The notes below the pieces were generated by a model. The model worked only from the letters and a program-made list of their open reading frames with translations, did not search any database and was not told where the DNA came from. DNA of 64,000 bases, taken from NCBI GenBank assembly GCA_963664705.1, contig OY761556.1, forward strand, positions 1,824,001-1,888,000. The letters are read 5' to 3'. Shown piece by piece: positions 9,211 to 18,450 of the stretch. Source of the stretch: Acidobacteriota bacterium (GTDB lineage Bacteria > Acidobacteriota > UBA6911). Positions within the stretch are counted from its first letter, which is position 1. Each line of letters starts with the position of its first letter. The position numbers and the translations under genes were made by a program.

Positions 9211-11631
9211 CTAAAAAGACAGTTCGGTGCGACGGATGATGTCTTCCTGGCTGGCCTTGTATAATTCTACAAAATATGCGCTGAAGCCCGCTATTCGCAC
9301 CACAAGATCTTTGTATTCCTCCGGGGTCTGCTGCGCCTGTCGCAAAACTTTTCCGCTCACGATGTTGAACTGCATCTCCATTCCACCTAAGGCAAAATAG
9401 GTCCGGATGAGCGCGATCAGTTTGCCTTTGCCGGTTTGATTACTCAGCGCCGTGGGATGGAAACGCATATTCAGCAGCGTGCCGTTGGAGAATTTTTTCT
9501 GGTCAATCATGGCTACGGACTTTAGCGTGGCAGTGGGACCGCTCTTATCCAGTTGCTGTACGGGAGAGATTCCGTCGGCAAGCGGTTCGCCGGCCCTCCT
9601 TCCGTCCGGAGACGCGGCGGTCGTCATTCCAAACAAAACGTGGGTTGTCACCGGATACAATCCTGCGGCATATCGACCACGAGGCCCTGTGCTGCGGTTG
9701 ATAGCATTGCCGTAAACATCGGATGCCCATTTTGCAAACTCATCGCTGTACTCGTTGTCATTGCCGTAATGAGGTGCTTCATTCAGAATGAGCTGGCGAA
9801 GATCTTCCTTTCCTTCCCAGTTGCTCATGAGCGCATCATACAAATCGCGGGCCGTAACCAGCTTTTTGTCATATACCATGTATTTCACAACCGCGAGACT
9901 GTCCGCAATGTTGCCGATGGCGATCCCGGCATTTCCGGTAGAGTTATACCTGGCGCCGCCCTTCATGACATCTTTGCCGGATTCCATGCAGCCGTCGATG
10001 GTTGCGGAGAGGAGTGGAAGCTGCATGTGTTCGGACGCCACATACTCCCACGTATTGACCATGCTGATCTGCCAGTTGACGAAGTACTCGATCTGCTTCT
10101 TAACGGCGATCAGGACATCATCGAAAGTTTCCATTTCATATAAATATCCGGTGGGCAACCCGACCTGCCGATCCGATGGCTTGCCGTCGGGACCTGGCAT
10201 TGGATTGATTCCGTTATTGATGCCCAGCAGGAACGCATTCAGGAGATTGAAAAAGGACTCTGTTCCGCTTCCCCCGGGACAAGCCCATTCATCACCGCAG
10301 GCCTGGGGTTCAACGCACCCGATGAGGCAATAGTTGCGAGCGCTTTCCAGGGGCAGGCCTCGTGCCATCAGTGCCGGGATGATGATATCGTCGTTCTCAA
10401 AGGTTGGAACGCCTCCCGCAATCTGCGTGGTCTCAATGGCGGCTTCCCACAAAGCCTGTGGAGTCCCTTTATGAATGCGCAGCGATTGCGGCGGATCATG
10501 CAATACAAGACGCCCTGCAGATTGCAGCATCATGAAGGAAACGGGGTTGGTCGCGTCCTTGCCATCTCTGGTTACACCGCCAATAGTCATCAACTGACCA
10601 CTGGTGTAGCCCGGACCCGAAAGAGTGGCGAAGTAGGGCCATATTTTGTTCATTTCCGCGACCTTGAGATAAAAGAGATCCAGCAGCTCTTGTGCCTGGT
10701 CGTGGGTAATGCGTCCGGCTGCGATGTCGGCGTCGTAATAGGAGCCAAGATATTGATCCACGCGGCCAAAGCTGATGCCATGCTGCTGGCCATCGAGGCA
10801 CATCGCAATCTGATAGAGGTACATGCACTGGACGGCGTCATGATAGGTGCGGCAGGGGTTTTCCATAATCCAGTTAAGACAGTCCGCCATCTGGAGAAGT
10901 TCTTTTTTGCGAGCGGAATCCGATTCCAGAGATGCCAAACGTTCACATTCCTGTGCGTAGCGCTTGGAGAAAGTGATGATGCCGTCACATACGAGGGTTA
11001 CGGCTCGGTAAAAATTGTATCGAACGGCCCCATCGCCGAACATGACGCCTTCCAGTTCATTCATACGGTCCCGGGCTTCTGCCCGGATAGCGCCAAACCC
11101 CTTGTGCATCGCCTTTTCAAAATTGGCTACGAAATGCCCTACCGGAGAAGAGCAAATATTGGAGGTGCCGAAGTAAACGACGCCACTGCCGGCTGCATCA
11201 AAATAGCCCAGCGGGATGTATTCATCCACCTTGGCGCTCAGACATTCCTTGCGCCAAAAATCTCCCGTGTTCAGAACGTATTGGGCATCCTTTTCGTCAA
11301 TGTCATAAGGATCTGCTTCCCGCAAGGGAATCGTTCCCGCCCTCAATTCATCCAGAAACCAACCAAAGGAGGTCTCCGGGTACAGGGCGCACGCACGGTA
11401 GGAAGTTGCCTGCCAGCCTACAATCACCTCATCGGGATTGATAAGCACCGGGAGTTTTTCGCAAAGGTTTTTGAAGTTTTTGGCGCGTTTCAAAATACCC
11501 TGCAATTGAGGATTCTCCTTGTAGAACTCTGTAACGATTTTGTACCGGGCGATGCAGATGCGCGGCCTGGTGGACCGATACTTCTGGCGGATTTTGGTAA
11601 CGCGATCGGTTACAGGGCTTAGAGCGAACAT
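9211..11631 (-). CDS. Glycyl radical enzyme (PFL2/eliminase-like, substrate unknown)
   Basis: Cys loop CLIGCVEP and Gly loop VRIAGFSAYF; lacks the adjacent Cys-Cys of true PFL. Confidence 0.95.
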   Translation of the reverse strand: MFALSPVTDRVTKIRQKYRSTRPRICIARYKIVTEFYKENPQLQGILKRAKNFKNLCEKLPVLINPDEVIVGWQATSYRACALYPETSFGWFLDELRAGTIPLREADPYDIDEKDAQYVLNTGDFWRKECLSAKVDEYIPLGYFDAAGSGVVYFGTSNICSSPVGHFVANFEKAMHKGFGAIRAEARDRMNELEGVMFGDGAVRYNFYRAVTLVCDGIITFSKRYAQECERLASLESDSARKKELLQMADCLNWIMENPCRTYHDAVQCMYLYQIAMCLDGQQHGISFGRVDQYLGSYYDADIAAGRITHDQAQELLDLFYLKVAEMNKIWPYFATLSGPGYTSGQLMTIGGVTRDGKDATNPVSFMMLQSAGRLVLHDPPQSLRIHKGTPQALWEAAIETTQIAGGVPTFENDDIIIPALMARGLPLESARNYCLIGCVEPQACGDEWACPGGSGTESFFNLLNAFLLGINNGINPMPGPDGKPSDRQVGLPTGYLYEMETFDDVLIAVKKQIEYFVNWQISMVNTWEYVASEHMQLPLLSATIDGCMESGKDVMKGGARYNSTGNAGIAIGNIADSLAVVKYMVYDKKLVTARDLYDALMSNWEGKEDLRQLILNEAPHYGNDNEYSDEFAKWASDVYGNAINRSTGPRGRYAAGLYPVTTHVLFGMTTAASPDGRRAGEPLADGISPVQQLDKSGPTATLKSVAMIDQKKFSNGTLLNMRFHPTALSNQTGKGKLIALIRTYFALGGMEMQFNIVSGKVLRQAQQTPEEYKDLVVRIAGFSAYFVELYKASQEDIIRRTELSF

Positions 11632-11766
11632 GGGAATTCCTCCTGGGTTCTTTCAAGATGATGCAAAAGCACAAAGACTAAATATTCTACAGTGAATGGC
11701 TTCGCCGGAACAAGTACGGAAACATTAGTAGATGGTGGGATTCCTGGTGGATTTGTACCGGGTTTA

Positions 11767-11963
11767 CTGGAGCGCCGCCGTCTCGGTTAATGCTGCGTAT
11801 TATTTGCAAAAATGCCCGCCCAAACTAGAACTGTTGAGGGCGGCGGCTGGCTGCCGCCCTCAACAAGGCTTCGCCCTCGAGAAATAGTATGCTGCATTCG
11901 CCGCGGCGGAATCAGCGTCGTTGAAGCGCCCACGCTCCAGCCGCGAGACGGTGACGCTCCCCG
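11767..11963. repeat. Composite palindromic repeat (REPIN/MITE-like), copy A
   Basis: Terminal inverted repeats ggagcgccgccgtctcg / cgagacggtgacgctcc; internal 16-bp hairpin at 11832-11865; homology to 33121-33228 and 58345-58407. Confidence 0.75.
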
Positions 11964-11980
11964 GTGTCGCGAGCGGTTCG

Positions 11981-13063
11981 CTAGTAATAAAAAAGCTGGG
12001 TCTGGATGACAAATTGAGTTCGAGTCGGGGCATTCGTTTTGAAGATGCGGGCCAAACCAGCCTTTACATTGACCCTGTGTTTCAGCGGCCAAAGAGCAAT
12101 TCCGCCCATCGCCTTTTTGTCATCTGCTACGCCAGGCTTGGTAAAATCCCTCGAAGAAATTTGGAAGAAAGGCCCAAGCCTGGCTTTCTTCACATAATAG
12201 GACGATTCAAACATCCAGGCATTTTGCTGGGGCAGGGATGCAAAAGTGTTGCTTCCATCATAGCGGATAAAATCCGCCTGAGCCGTGAAAGCGTCTCCCT
12301 TTCGGACCGGAAGGTCCACGAATACATCCACGCCATTAGCGCTATAATTACCCTGTCGGTCGAAGCTGGCGCCTATTCCAACAATCTTCTTCTGTCCCAG
12401 GGTTGTTCCCGTGTAGAAGAATCCCGTATCCGCCTGAAATGGATAATAGACAATGCGAGCCATGTATCGATAGGGGAAGTCTCCCTCATGATTGCGGTTG
12501 CCGCGATAAACGCCCACGCGGTATTCCAGGTGCTTTTTGATATAACCGCGAGCCTGCAACCCGTAGTCGCGCCCGTTTTTTGACCGCGTCGGATCGGAGG
12601 AGAGGAAAGAATAGGTGCCGTACTCAATCGGAAGCAAGGTTGTGGCCGATTGGGCGGAATTGTGGGATACCGGAACAATCAGCATGCCGCCATCGAGTTG
12701 GAATTCCGGACGAAAGGCATAATTGACATAGGCATCCTGCAGGAATATTTCCGCGGTTCTTGTTCCGTCGGCCGCCTTTTTACCCAGATTGGGGCTATCA
12801 CTTTCGATGAAATAGGAGAGCTTCGATGTAATTTTTCCGCCGGCAATGAGCCGGAATCGGCGAAGGAATACATTGTTGTTGTTCTGGCCGACTGCCGTTG
12901 AGTTTTCAAGAGATTCAAACTGTGGTTGCGCCAGGAATCCGAAAGTAACCGACGTATTGCCATCGTTGGCTGAGAATTTCCATGGTGGCCCCTGGGCAAA
13001 CACCGGTTGAATACAACAGATAAAAAGCAGGGAGATGCAGCATACAAAAAATGTGGTCTTCAT
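11981..13063 (-). CDS. Outer-membrane porin (OprO/OprP-like)
   Basis: Signal peptide, FLRRFRL..GG, LQDAY, GRDYG, amphipathic beta strands, aromatic C-terminus QLFYY. Confidence 0.8.
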   Translation of the reverse strand: MKTTFFVCCISLLFICCIQPVFAQGPPWKFSANDGNTSVTFGFLAQPQFESLENSTAVGQNNNNVFLRRFRLIAGGKITSKLSYFIESDSPNLGKKAADGTRTAEIFLQDAYVNYAFRPEFQLDGGMLIVPVSHNSAQSATTLLPIEYGTYSFLSSDPTRSKNGRDYGLQARGYIKKHLEYRVGVYRGNRNHEGDFPYRYMARIVYYPFQADTGFFYTGTTLGQKKIVGIGASFDRQGNYSANGVDVFVDLPVRKGDAFTAQADFIRYDGSNTFASLPQQNAWMFESSYYVKKARLGPFFQISSRDFTKPGVADDKKAMGGIALWPLKHRVNVKAGLARIFKTNAPTRTQFVIQTQLFYY

Positions 13064-13192
13064 AGATCAGCCTTCATTGCATACACGCGCAAGCGCGAAA
13101 TAGGGTTAACGTGTCCATATCGGTACGCAAATGCAAATTGATATGCAAATTCTAAATTCGCTGGGGTGAACGCCCGCAGGGGGAAGCATAGA

Positions 13193-13213
13193 AGGCCGGA
13201 TACAGGCCGGCCT
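13193..13213 (-). terminator. GC-rich hairpin downstream of the receiver-FNT gene
   Basis: aggccgg-atacagg-ccggcct; weak U-tract. Confidence 0.35.
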
Positions 13214-13285
13214 CTTATCTGTTTGGAGGCTTGAGCGGGTGGGGCTCGAAGATCCAATTATTCCGAGTTTCCAACCGGGCGCATT

Positions 13286-14557
13286 TTACTTATGGGCTGA
13301 TTTGGCAGGTCTGACGTAAGCGCCCCAATAGCTCATTCCGACGAAAACTGCGCCCCCGATGATGTTTCCAATCGTGACCGGCACAAGATTTTTTACGATG
13401 AAGTTGTACCAGGTGAGCGCGGCAACATCCACTCCGGGGACTATGGGCACATTGGTCCAATGAATAAAAAGAATCCCTGCCGGAATGTAGAACATGTTGG
13501 CGATGCAGTGTTCAAATCCAAGCGTCACGAAACACATGACCGGGAAAAGGATGGCAAAGATCTTGCCGACCGTTTGGCGGGCGGCCATGGCCATCCAAAC
13601 CGCCAGGCAAACGAGCCAGTTGCAGCCGATTCCGCGCCAGAGCGCTTCGCTGAAGGTAAGGTGCACCTTGCTGTAAGCCGTTTTGACTGCTGCCGCACCG
13701 AGTGCCCCCTCCGAGGTTTTCCATAATCCGGAATAAAAGAAAATTGCGGCCACAAACAAAGCGCCGAGGAAATTGGCAAAATAGACCAGCGCCCAGCGTC
13801 GCATCATTTTTCCCAGTGTTATTTCCCGGGACATCACACTGGAAACCATCAGCGTATTTCCGGTAAAGAGTTCCGCACCCGCGATAACAACAAGCATCAA
13901 TCCGACGCTGAACACGATTCCGCTGAGAAGCTGCTTGAATCCCGTGCCAAATTTAGCAGCTGCATCAAATGTTACGGTTGCGGAAAGAAATCCTCCAAAG
14001 GCAATATAGGCGCCCCCAAGAATTCCAAGTACGAAAACCGTAAGCCAGGGGGAGGTTGCCTTATAGACACCGACTGTTTGTGCCACCGTTTCGGCAATAT
14101 TTTTTGGCGCTTTGTCTTCGAGCGTCGGGACGGGAAACTGTAAGGTTCCAACGAATTTTTCAAAGCGCCCCACCGCCTTTTTTTCCTGCGTAATTTTTCG
14201 CTTAACCGCTTTATTGACGACTCGAATGATTTCATCGGGCTTGAACGGCTTCGGAAGATAATCCATCGCACCCCGTTTCATCGCTTCCGTTGCCCGGCCC
14301 AGCGATGGATGGCCGCTGATCATCACCATGGCTGAATTGGGGGATCTCTTGTCGATCTCCTCGACCACGTCCAGCCCATCTAGACCCGGCATCATCCAAT
14401 CCACCAGGATAACGTCATAGGTTTTTTCAGATACGAGCCGAATGCCTTCCTTGGGATCAGGGGTGGAGGTTACTTCATAACCCTCCGCCTCAAATATCTT
14501 TCGGCAGGATTTCAGAACTATCTCTTCGTCGTCGATGATCAACATTTTTTCAGCCAT
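13286..14557 (-). CDS. Receiver domain fused to a formate/nitrite transporter (FNT) channel
   Basis: Receiver: IIDDE, VDWMMP, ISG, KPF. FNT: GAELFTGN, CNWLVCLAVW, GFEHCIANM, GNIIGG. Confidence 0.93.
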   Translation of the reverse strand: MAEKMLIIDDEEIVLKSCRKIFEAEGYEVTSTPDPKEGIRLVSEKTYDVILVDWMMPGLDGLDVVEEIDKRSPNSAMVMISGHPSLGRATEAMKRGAMDYLPKPFKPDEIIRVVNKAVKRKITQEKKAVGRFEKFVGTLQFPVPTLEDKAPKNIAETVAQTVGVYKATSPWLTVFVLGILGGAYIAFGGFLSATVTFDAAAKFGTGFKQLLSGIVFSVGLMLVVIAGAELFTGNTLMVSSVMSREITLGKMMRRWALVYFANFLGALFVAAIFFYSGLWKTSEGALGAAAVKTAYSKVHLTFSEALWRGIGCNWLVCLAVWMAMAARQTVGKIFAILFPVMCFVTLGFEHCIANMFYIPAGILFIHWTNVPIVPGVDVAALTWYNFIVKNLVPVTIGNIIGGAVFVGMSYWGAYVRPAKSAHK

Positions 14558-14668
14558 GTGTTTCCCCTTACATAATCGATACGCAGAACAGAATGTGATT
14601 CCTGCCTGATCAGACTGCGCTGCTTTCCGCAGAAATTTATGACCAAAGGCTTATTTCTTCTTCTGCGC

Positions 14669-15040
14669 TCACTTGCTACCGGCATTACTCTCCAAAACCT
14701 GCTGAATCGCATGCATTAGCTCGTCCGGCCGGAATGGTTTTGGAATGAACTGGGTCGCTCCTGATTTCAGGACATCTGCAACGGTCTCGGGAGTGGGATA
14801 GCCGCTCATGACGATCACCGGGATATCCGGCAGGCTTTTCCGGATTTCTTTCATCAGGAAAAGGCCGTCGCGCTTCGGCATTTTTACGTCGATGAGCAGG
14901 AGATCAAAGGAACCCTTTTCAAGAGCTTCCAGAGCGGCATCGGCACCGTTAACCGTGGATACGGTGTATCCTTCCGATTCGAGGATGCGCGTGCAGCTTT
15001 TGATTACAATGATGTCGTCGTCAACGACCAACACTTTCAT
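14669..15040 (-). CDS. Single-domain response regulator receiver
   Basis: VVDDD, IDVKMP, MSG, IPKPF. Confidence 0.93.
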   Translation of the reverse strand: MKVLVVDDDIIVIKSCTRILESEGYTVSTVNGADAALEALEKGSFDLLLIDVKMPKRDGLFLMKEIRKSLPDIPVIVMSGYPTPETVADVLKSGATQFIPKPFRPDELMHAIQQVLESNAGSK

Positions 15041-15050
15041 TTTTCGAACC

Positions 15051-17000
15051 CTATTCCTCTATCGGCAGCCAAACGGTAAAAGTACTACCGCGTCCCAACT
15101 TGCTTTGTACGTGAATCGTACCGCCGTGGCGCTCAACGATCCCGTAGGTCACAGACAATCCAAGTCCCGTTCCTTGTCCGATGTCCTTGGTGGTAAAAAA
15201 CGGGTCAAAAATTTTATCCAGATGCTCTGGCTCAATACCGCAGCCGCTGTCTTTGCAGACAATTTCTATGCCTTTGGCTCCCGTGGTCCGCGGAGACATT
15301 CCGATGCCGGTTGTAACGGTAATCTGCCCGCCCGGTTCTGTTGCGTCGAGCGCATTCATAATCAGGTTGATCAAAACGCTCTCCATCTGATTCTGATCCA
15401 ATGTGATCAGGGGCAGATTTTCGCCTTCTTCAAGGCACAGATTGACGTTTTTGATCAAGGCCTGGTTCTCGAGAAGCGCGATGGTAGCACTGCAAAGGCG
15501 ATTGACGTCGGTCGATTGGCGATCCAGATCCGTTTGCCTGGAAAAATCCAATAGCCCCTTTACAATTTTGCGGACGCGCTCGGTTTCCTGCGAGATGGTT
15601 TCGAGGTCCGATCGAATGTCATCCGGCAGGTCATTTCGCCGCAGCAACATGTGGGTAAAGGTAAACACTCCGGTCAGGGGGTTGTTAATCTCGTGAGCCA
15701 CTCCGCCGGCAAGCTTTCCAACACTGGCTTGCTTCTCGAACTGAATCAGTTTGGTCTCGCTCTCAGCCTTTTGTCGTTCGTCGCGCTGACGAAGGGATGC
15801 CAGCATCTGCTGAAAGGTTTTTTGAAGAACGCCGATTTCGCTATTCGATATGGGGCCGATTTCAGGTGAGAGATTACCCTGGGAGACCTGGGTGCTCGCC
15901 TCAATGAGCTTGTGAACGGGCTGTATGATTCTGTTCGCGAACAGGTAGCCAAGGCTGACGGCGGCGCCCATGGCACCCACGATGATAACGAAGAAAAATG
16001 CGAGCGCATCGGATCGGATATCGGCATATTTTGTCTCGAGCACACCGGCATAGAGCATTCCAACTCGCAGGCCGGAAATATCCTCGATCGGTTCATACGC
16101 GGTGATGTACCAGTCGTTGACTACGAAAGCGCGTGCCGTCCATTTCTTCCCATCCACCAATACATGCCTGGTCACTTCCTCCGATGCAACACTGCCGATT
16201 GCTCGTGTTCCGTCGGGATTGAGAACATTGGTGGCTATCCGGATATCCTTCAGGAATATCGTGGCACTCCCGATGCTGCGTTCCTTATAGATTTCGTGTC
16301 GGAACACAGTGTCCCTTACGCGATCGACGATTTCGTGGCTTTGATTCAGTAAGACGCCGCCATACATGACGCCCACCATGCGGCCGGACTCGAAAACAGG
16401 CACGGCGGCCGCCAAAGCCATTCCGGTCAGGTATTCGCTTTCTTTGCTGGGCTTTGCCATTGGCGTGGGACGCAGGCGAATTCTTGCCCTTTCTGCAAGA
16501 TCCGGGTTCTCCGCAAACAGGAAATCATGATTGAGGACAACGGTGCCGGCGACGGCCGTTTTCTTCTTCAGCGCCATCGCTGCAATAGGATTAGGCGGCG
16601 AGTTGCTTTCTGCTGCAGGGTTCGGGCCAATACGACTGACCGTGGTGCCATCGAGGGTCACGATTCCGAGAAAATCCAGCTCCGTTTGCTGTGCGACTTC
16701 TCTGAGCCGGTTGATCGGCCTTTTCGGATCCTTCGTATTAATGGAAGAGGCGAATGCCGGATCGGTGGAGGCCAACTGGAGAGAAATGCGAATTTCCTTG
16801 GCCCTGGAGAGATAAATATCGCTGGCAGCATTCAGGTCCAGGCTGACACGATTGATGGCTTCCGTAAGAACGGCCCCATATAAAAGGCGACCGCCTACCC
16901 AAATCGCAACTCCGCAAATCAGCAAGGCAATTCCAAGGAAGCTCAGAATCAGCTTGGATCGGGTGGAATACAGCAAAGGAAATTCCTCTCGCCAGAACAA
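15051..17000 (-). CDS. Membrane sensor histidine kinase (Cache-HAMP-HisKA-HATPase)
   Basis: Two TM helices flanking a Cache-like domain (ATIF..RIATNV..DGTRAIG..WYITAYEPI); AHEINNPL, NALDA, DSGCG, PFFTTK, GTGLGL. Start codon uncertain. Confidence 0.93.
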   Translation of the reverse strand: MFWREEFPLLYSTRSKLILSFLGIALLICGVAIWVGGRLLYGAVLTEAINRVSLDLNAASDIYLSRAKEIRISLQLASTDPAFASSINTKDPKRPINRLREVAQQTELDFLGIVTLDGTTVSRIGPNPAAESNSPPNPIAAMALKKKTAVAGTVVLNHDFLFAENPDLAERARIRLRPTPMAKPSKESEYLTGMALAAAVPVFESGRMVGVMYGGVLLNQSHEIVDRVRDTVFRHEIYKERSIGSATIFLKDIRIATNVLNPDGTRAIGSVASEEVTRHVLVDGKKWTARAFVVNDWYITAYEPIEDISGLRVGMLYAGVLETKYADIRSDALAFFFVIIVGAMGAAVSLGYLFANRIIQPVHKLIEASTQVSQGNLSPEIGPISNSEIGVLQKTFQQMLASLRQRDERQKAESETKLIQFEKQASVGKLAGGVAHEINNPLTGVFTFTHMLLRRNDLPDDIRSDLETISQETERVRKIVKGLLDFSRQTDLDRQSTDVNRLCSATIALLENQALIKNVNLCLEEGENLPLITLDQNQMESVLINLIMNALDATEPGGQITVTTGIGMSPRTTGAKGIEIVCKDSGCGIEPEHLDKIFDPFFTTKDIGQGTGLGLSVTYGIVERHGGTIHVQSKLGRGSTFTVWLPIEE

Positions 17001-17279
17001 ACCCAGCCAAGTTAGGAAGCGCTAATCTCGAACTTGCGCGAACCAACATTAAAGGCGGGATATTATAGCTTATGGAGCCGATAGCGAGAATAGGCAGGTA
17101 TAAGTAGCATTCATGAGGATTGGGGATGCATAAAGGAGCATAACAAGCGGTTAAAAGTGGCTATATCGCCTCGGCCCCCAAGTCCTGTGTTGCGAAATCC
17201 GGGGAAAATCCAGTAATGTGCTATGTGCATGGGATCAAACAAGTTGGTTGTCCGGTTCGTTCGGGGATTATGAGCTTTT

Positions 17280-18377
17280 ATGCGAATTGTAATCAAGCTG
17301 GGAACTTCTACGCTAACCAATGGAACGCTGAGGCTGTCCGCTCCGCTTCTCATTGATTTTGCCAGGCAGACATCGGTGCTTCTGGAAGAAGGACACCAGG
17401 TAGTCATCGTTTCTTCCGGCGCAATAGCCGCGGGTCGGGAGCGGCTTGGTTTCCCTGACCTGCCGAAGGACATTCCTGCCAAGCAGATGCTTGCCGCCGT
17501 CGGGCAATCGCGTTTGATGTCAACCTATGAACAGATATTCGGACTATATGGGCTGACAGTAGCGCAGGTATTGCTGACGCGCATGGACCTTGCCAGCAGG
17601 CGACGCTATCTGAATGCGCGAAATACTTTGAATGCACTGCTGGAGCATAAGGTCATCCCGGTGGTCAATGAAAACGATACGCTGGCCACGGAGGAGATCC
17701 GTGTCGGGGATAACGACAACTTGTCGGCATTGGTGGCAAATGTGCTGGATGCTGATCTGCTGATTCTTCTTACCGATCAAACAGGGCTTTATACGGCGGA
17801 TCCACGAGTGGATGCCACTGCTCAGCTTGTTCCGGAGGTGTCGGAACATGAGATTCCCGAGCAGCTGTGGAAGGCGGCCGGAGGAACGGAAACGGGTCTT
17901 GGTACCGGAGGTATGGTTACAAAGCTGCAGGCGGCGGATCTGGCGCGCCGGTCCGGAACGGAGTGCATCATTGCAGCGGGGCACGAACCGGATATTGCTT
18001 TACGCATTGTGCGAGGCGAGAAAATCGGGACACGCTTTGCTGCCGTTGCCAGTTCCGTGGAGGGCAGGAAACGCTATATCCTATCGGGCCGGCGGGCGCC
18101 CGGTTTGTTGATTATAGACGACGGTGCGGCACAGGCGCTGCAGCGTGGTGGCAGTTTGCTCCCAATTGGCATGACAGAGGTATCCGGTGTTTTCGAACGG
18201 GGAGATACCGTAAGAGTCGCAAAGGCGGATGGCAGCGAGATGGCGCGGGGAATAGTGAATTACGGCAGTCGGGATCTGGCTCGAATTGTGCGACGGCCCT
18301 CGGATGAAATTGAATCGATTCTGGGATACCATTTCGGAGATGAAGTCATTCACCGCAATGACATGGTGCTGCTGTAG
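17280..18377 (+). CDS. proB: Glutamate 5-kinase with PUA domain
   Basis: IVIKLGTS, VSSGAIAAG, NENDT, GDNDNLSA, GTGGMVTK, IHRNDM. Confidence 0.97.
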   Translation: MRIVIKLGTSTLTNGTLRLSAPLLIDFARQTSVLLEEGHQVVIVSSGAIAAGRERLGFPDLPKDIPAKQMLAAVGQSRLMSTYEQIFGLYGLTVAQVLLTRMDLASRRRYLNARNTLNALLEHKVIPVVNENDTLATEEIRVGDNDNLSALVANVLDADLLILLTDQTGLYTADPRVDATAQLVPEVSEHEIPEQLWKAAGGTETGLGTGGMVTKLQAADLARRSGTECIIAAGHEPDIALRIVRGEKIGTRFAAVASSVEGRKRYILSGRRAPGLLIIDDGAAQALQRGGSLLPIGMTEVSGVFERGDTVRVAKADGSEMARGIVNYGSRDLARIVRRPSDEIESILGYHFGDEVIHRNDMVLL

Positions 18378-18450
18378 AAATTGCATTGTAACCCCTTTGA
18401 ATGGCAGTGTGGATGGGGATGGAGTTTGAGAATCTGTTTGAGGGAATCCT

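Noticed and set aside
10471-11622. 383-aa plus-strand ORF
   Set aside because: Antisense shadow of the GRE gene with no motifs. The same applies to other long antisense ORFs such as 46207-46989 and 56847-57773.
9211-11631. Calling the GRE pflB because an FNT gene is nearby
   Set aside because: It lacks the Cys-Cys active site, and the activase has a ferredoxin insert unlike PflA.
11790-11830. Possible sigma54 promoter for the GRE operon
   Set aside because: The GG-N10-GC spacing is not met.
17001-17279. Possible T-box or leader upstream of proBA
   Set aside because: No T-box consensus or terminator/antiterminator recognised.
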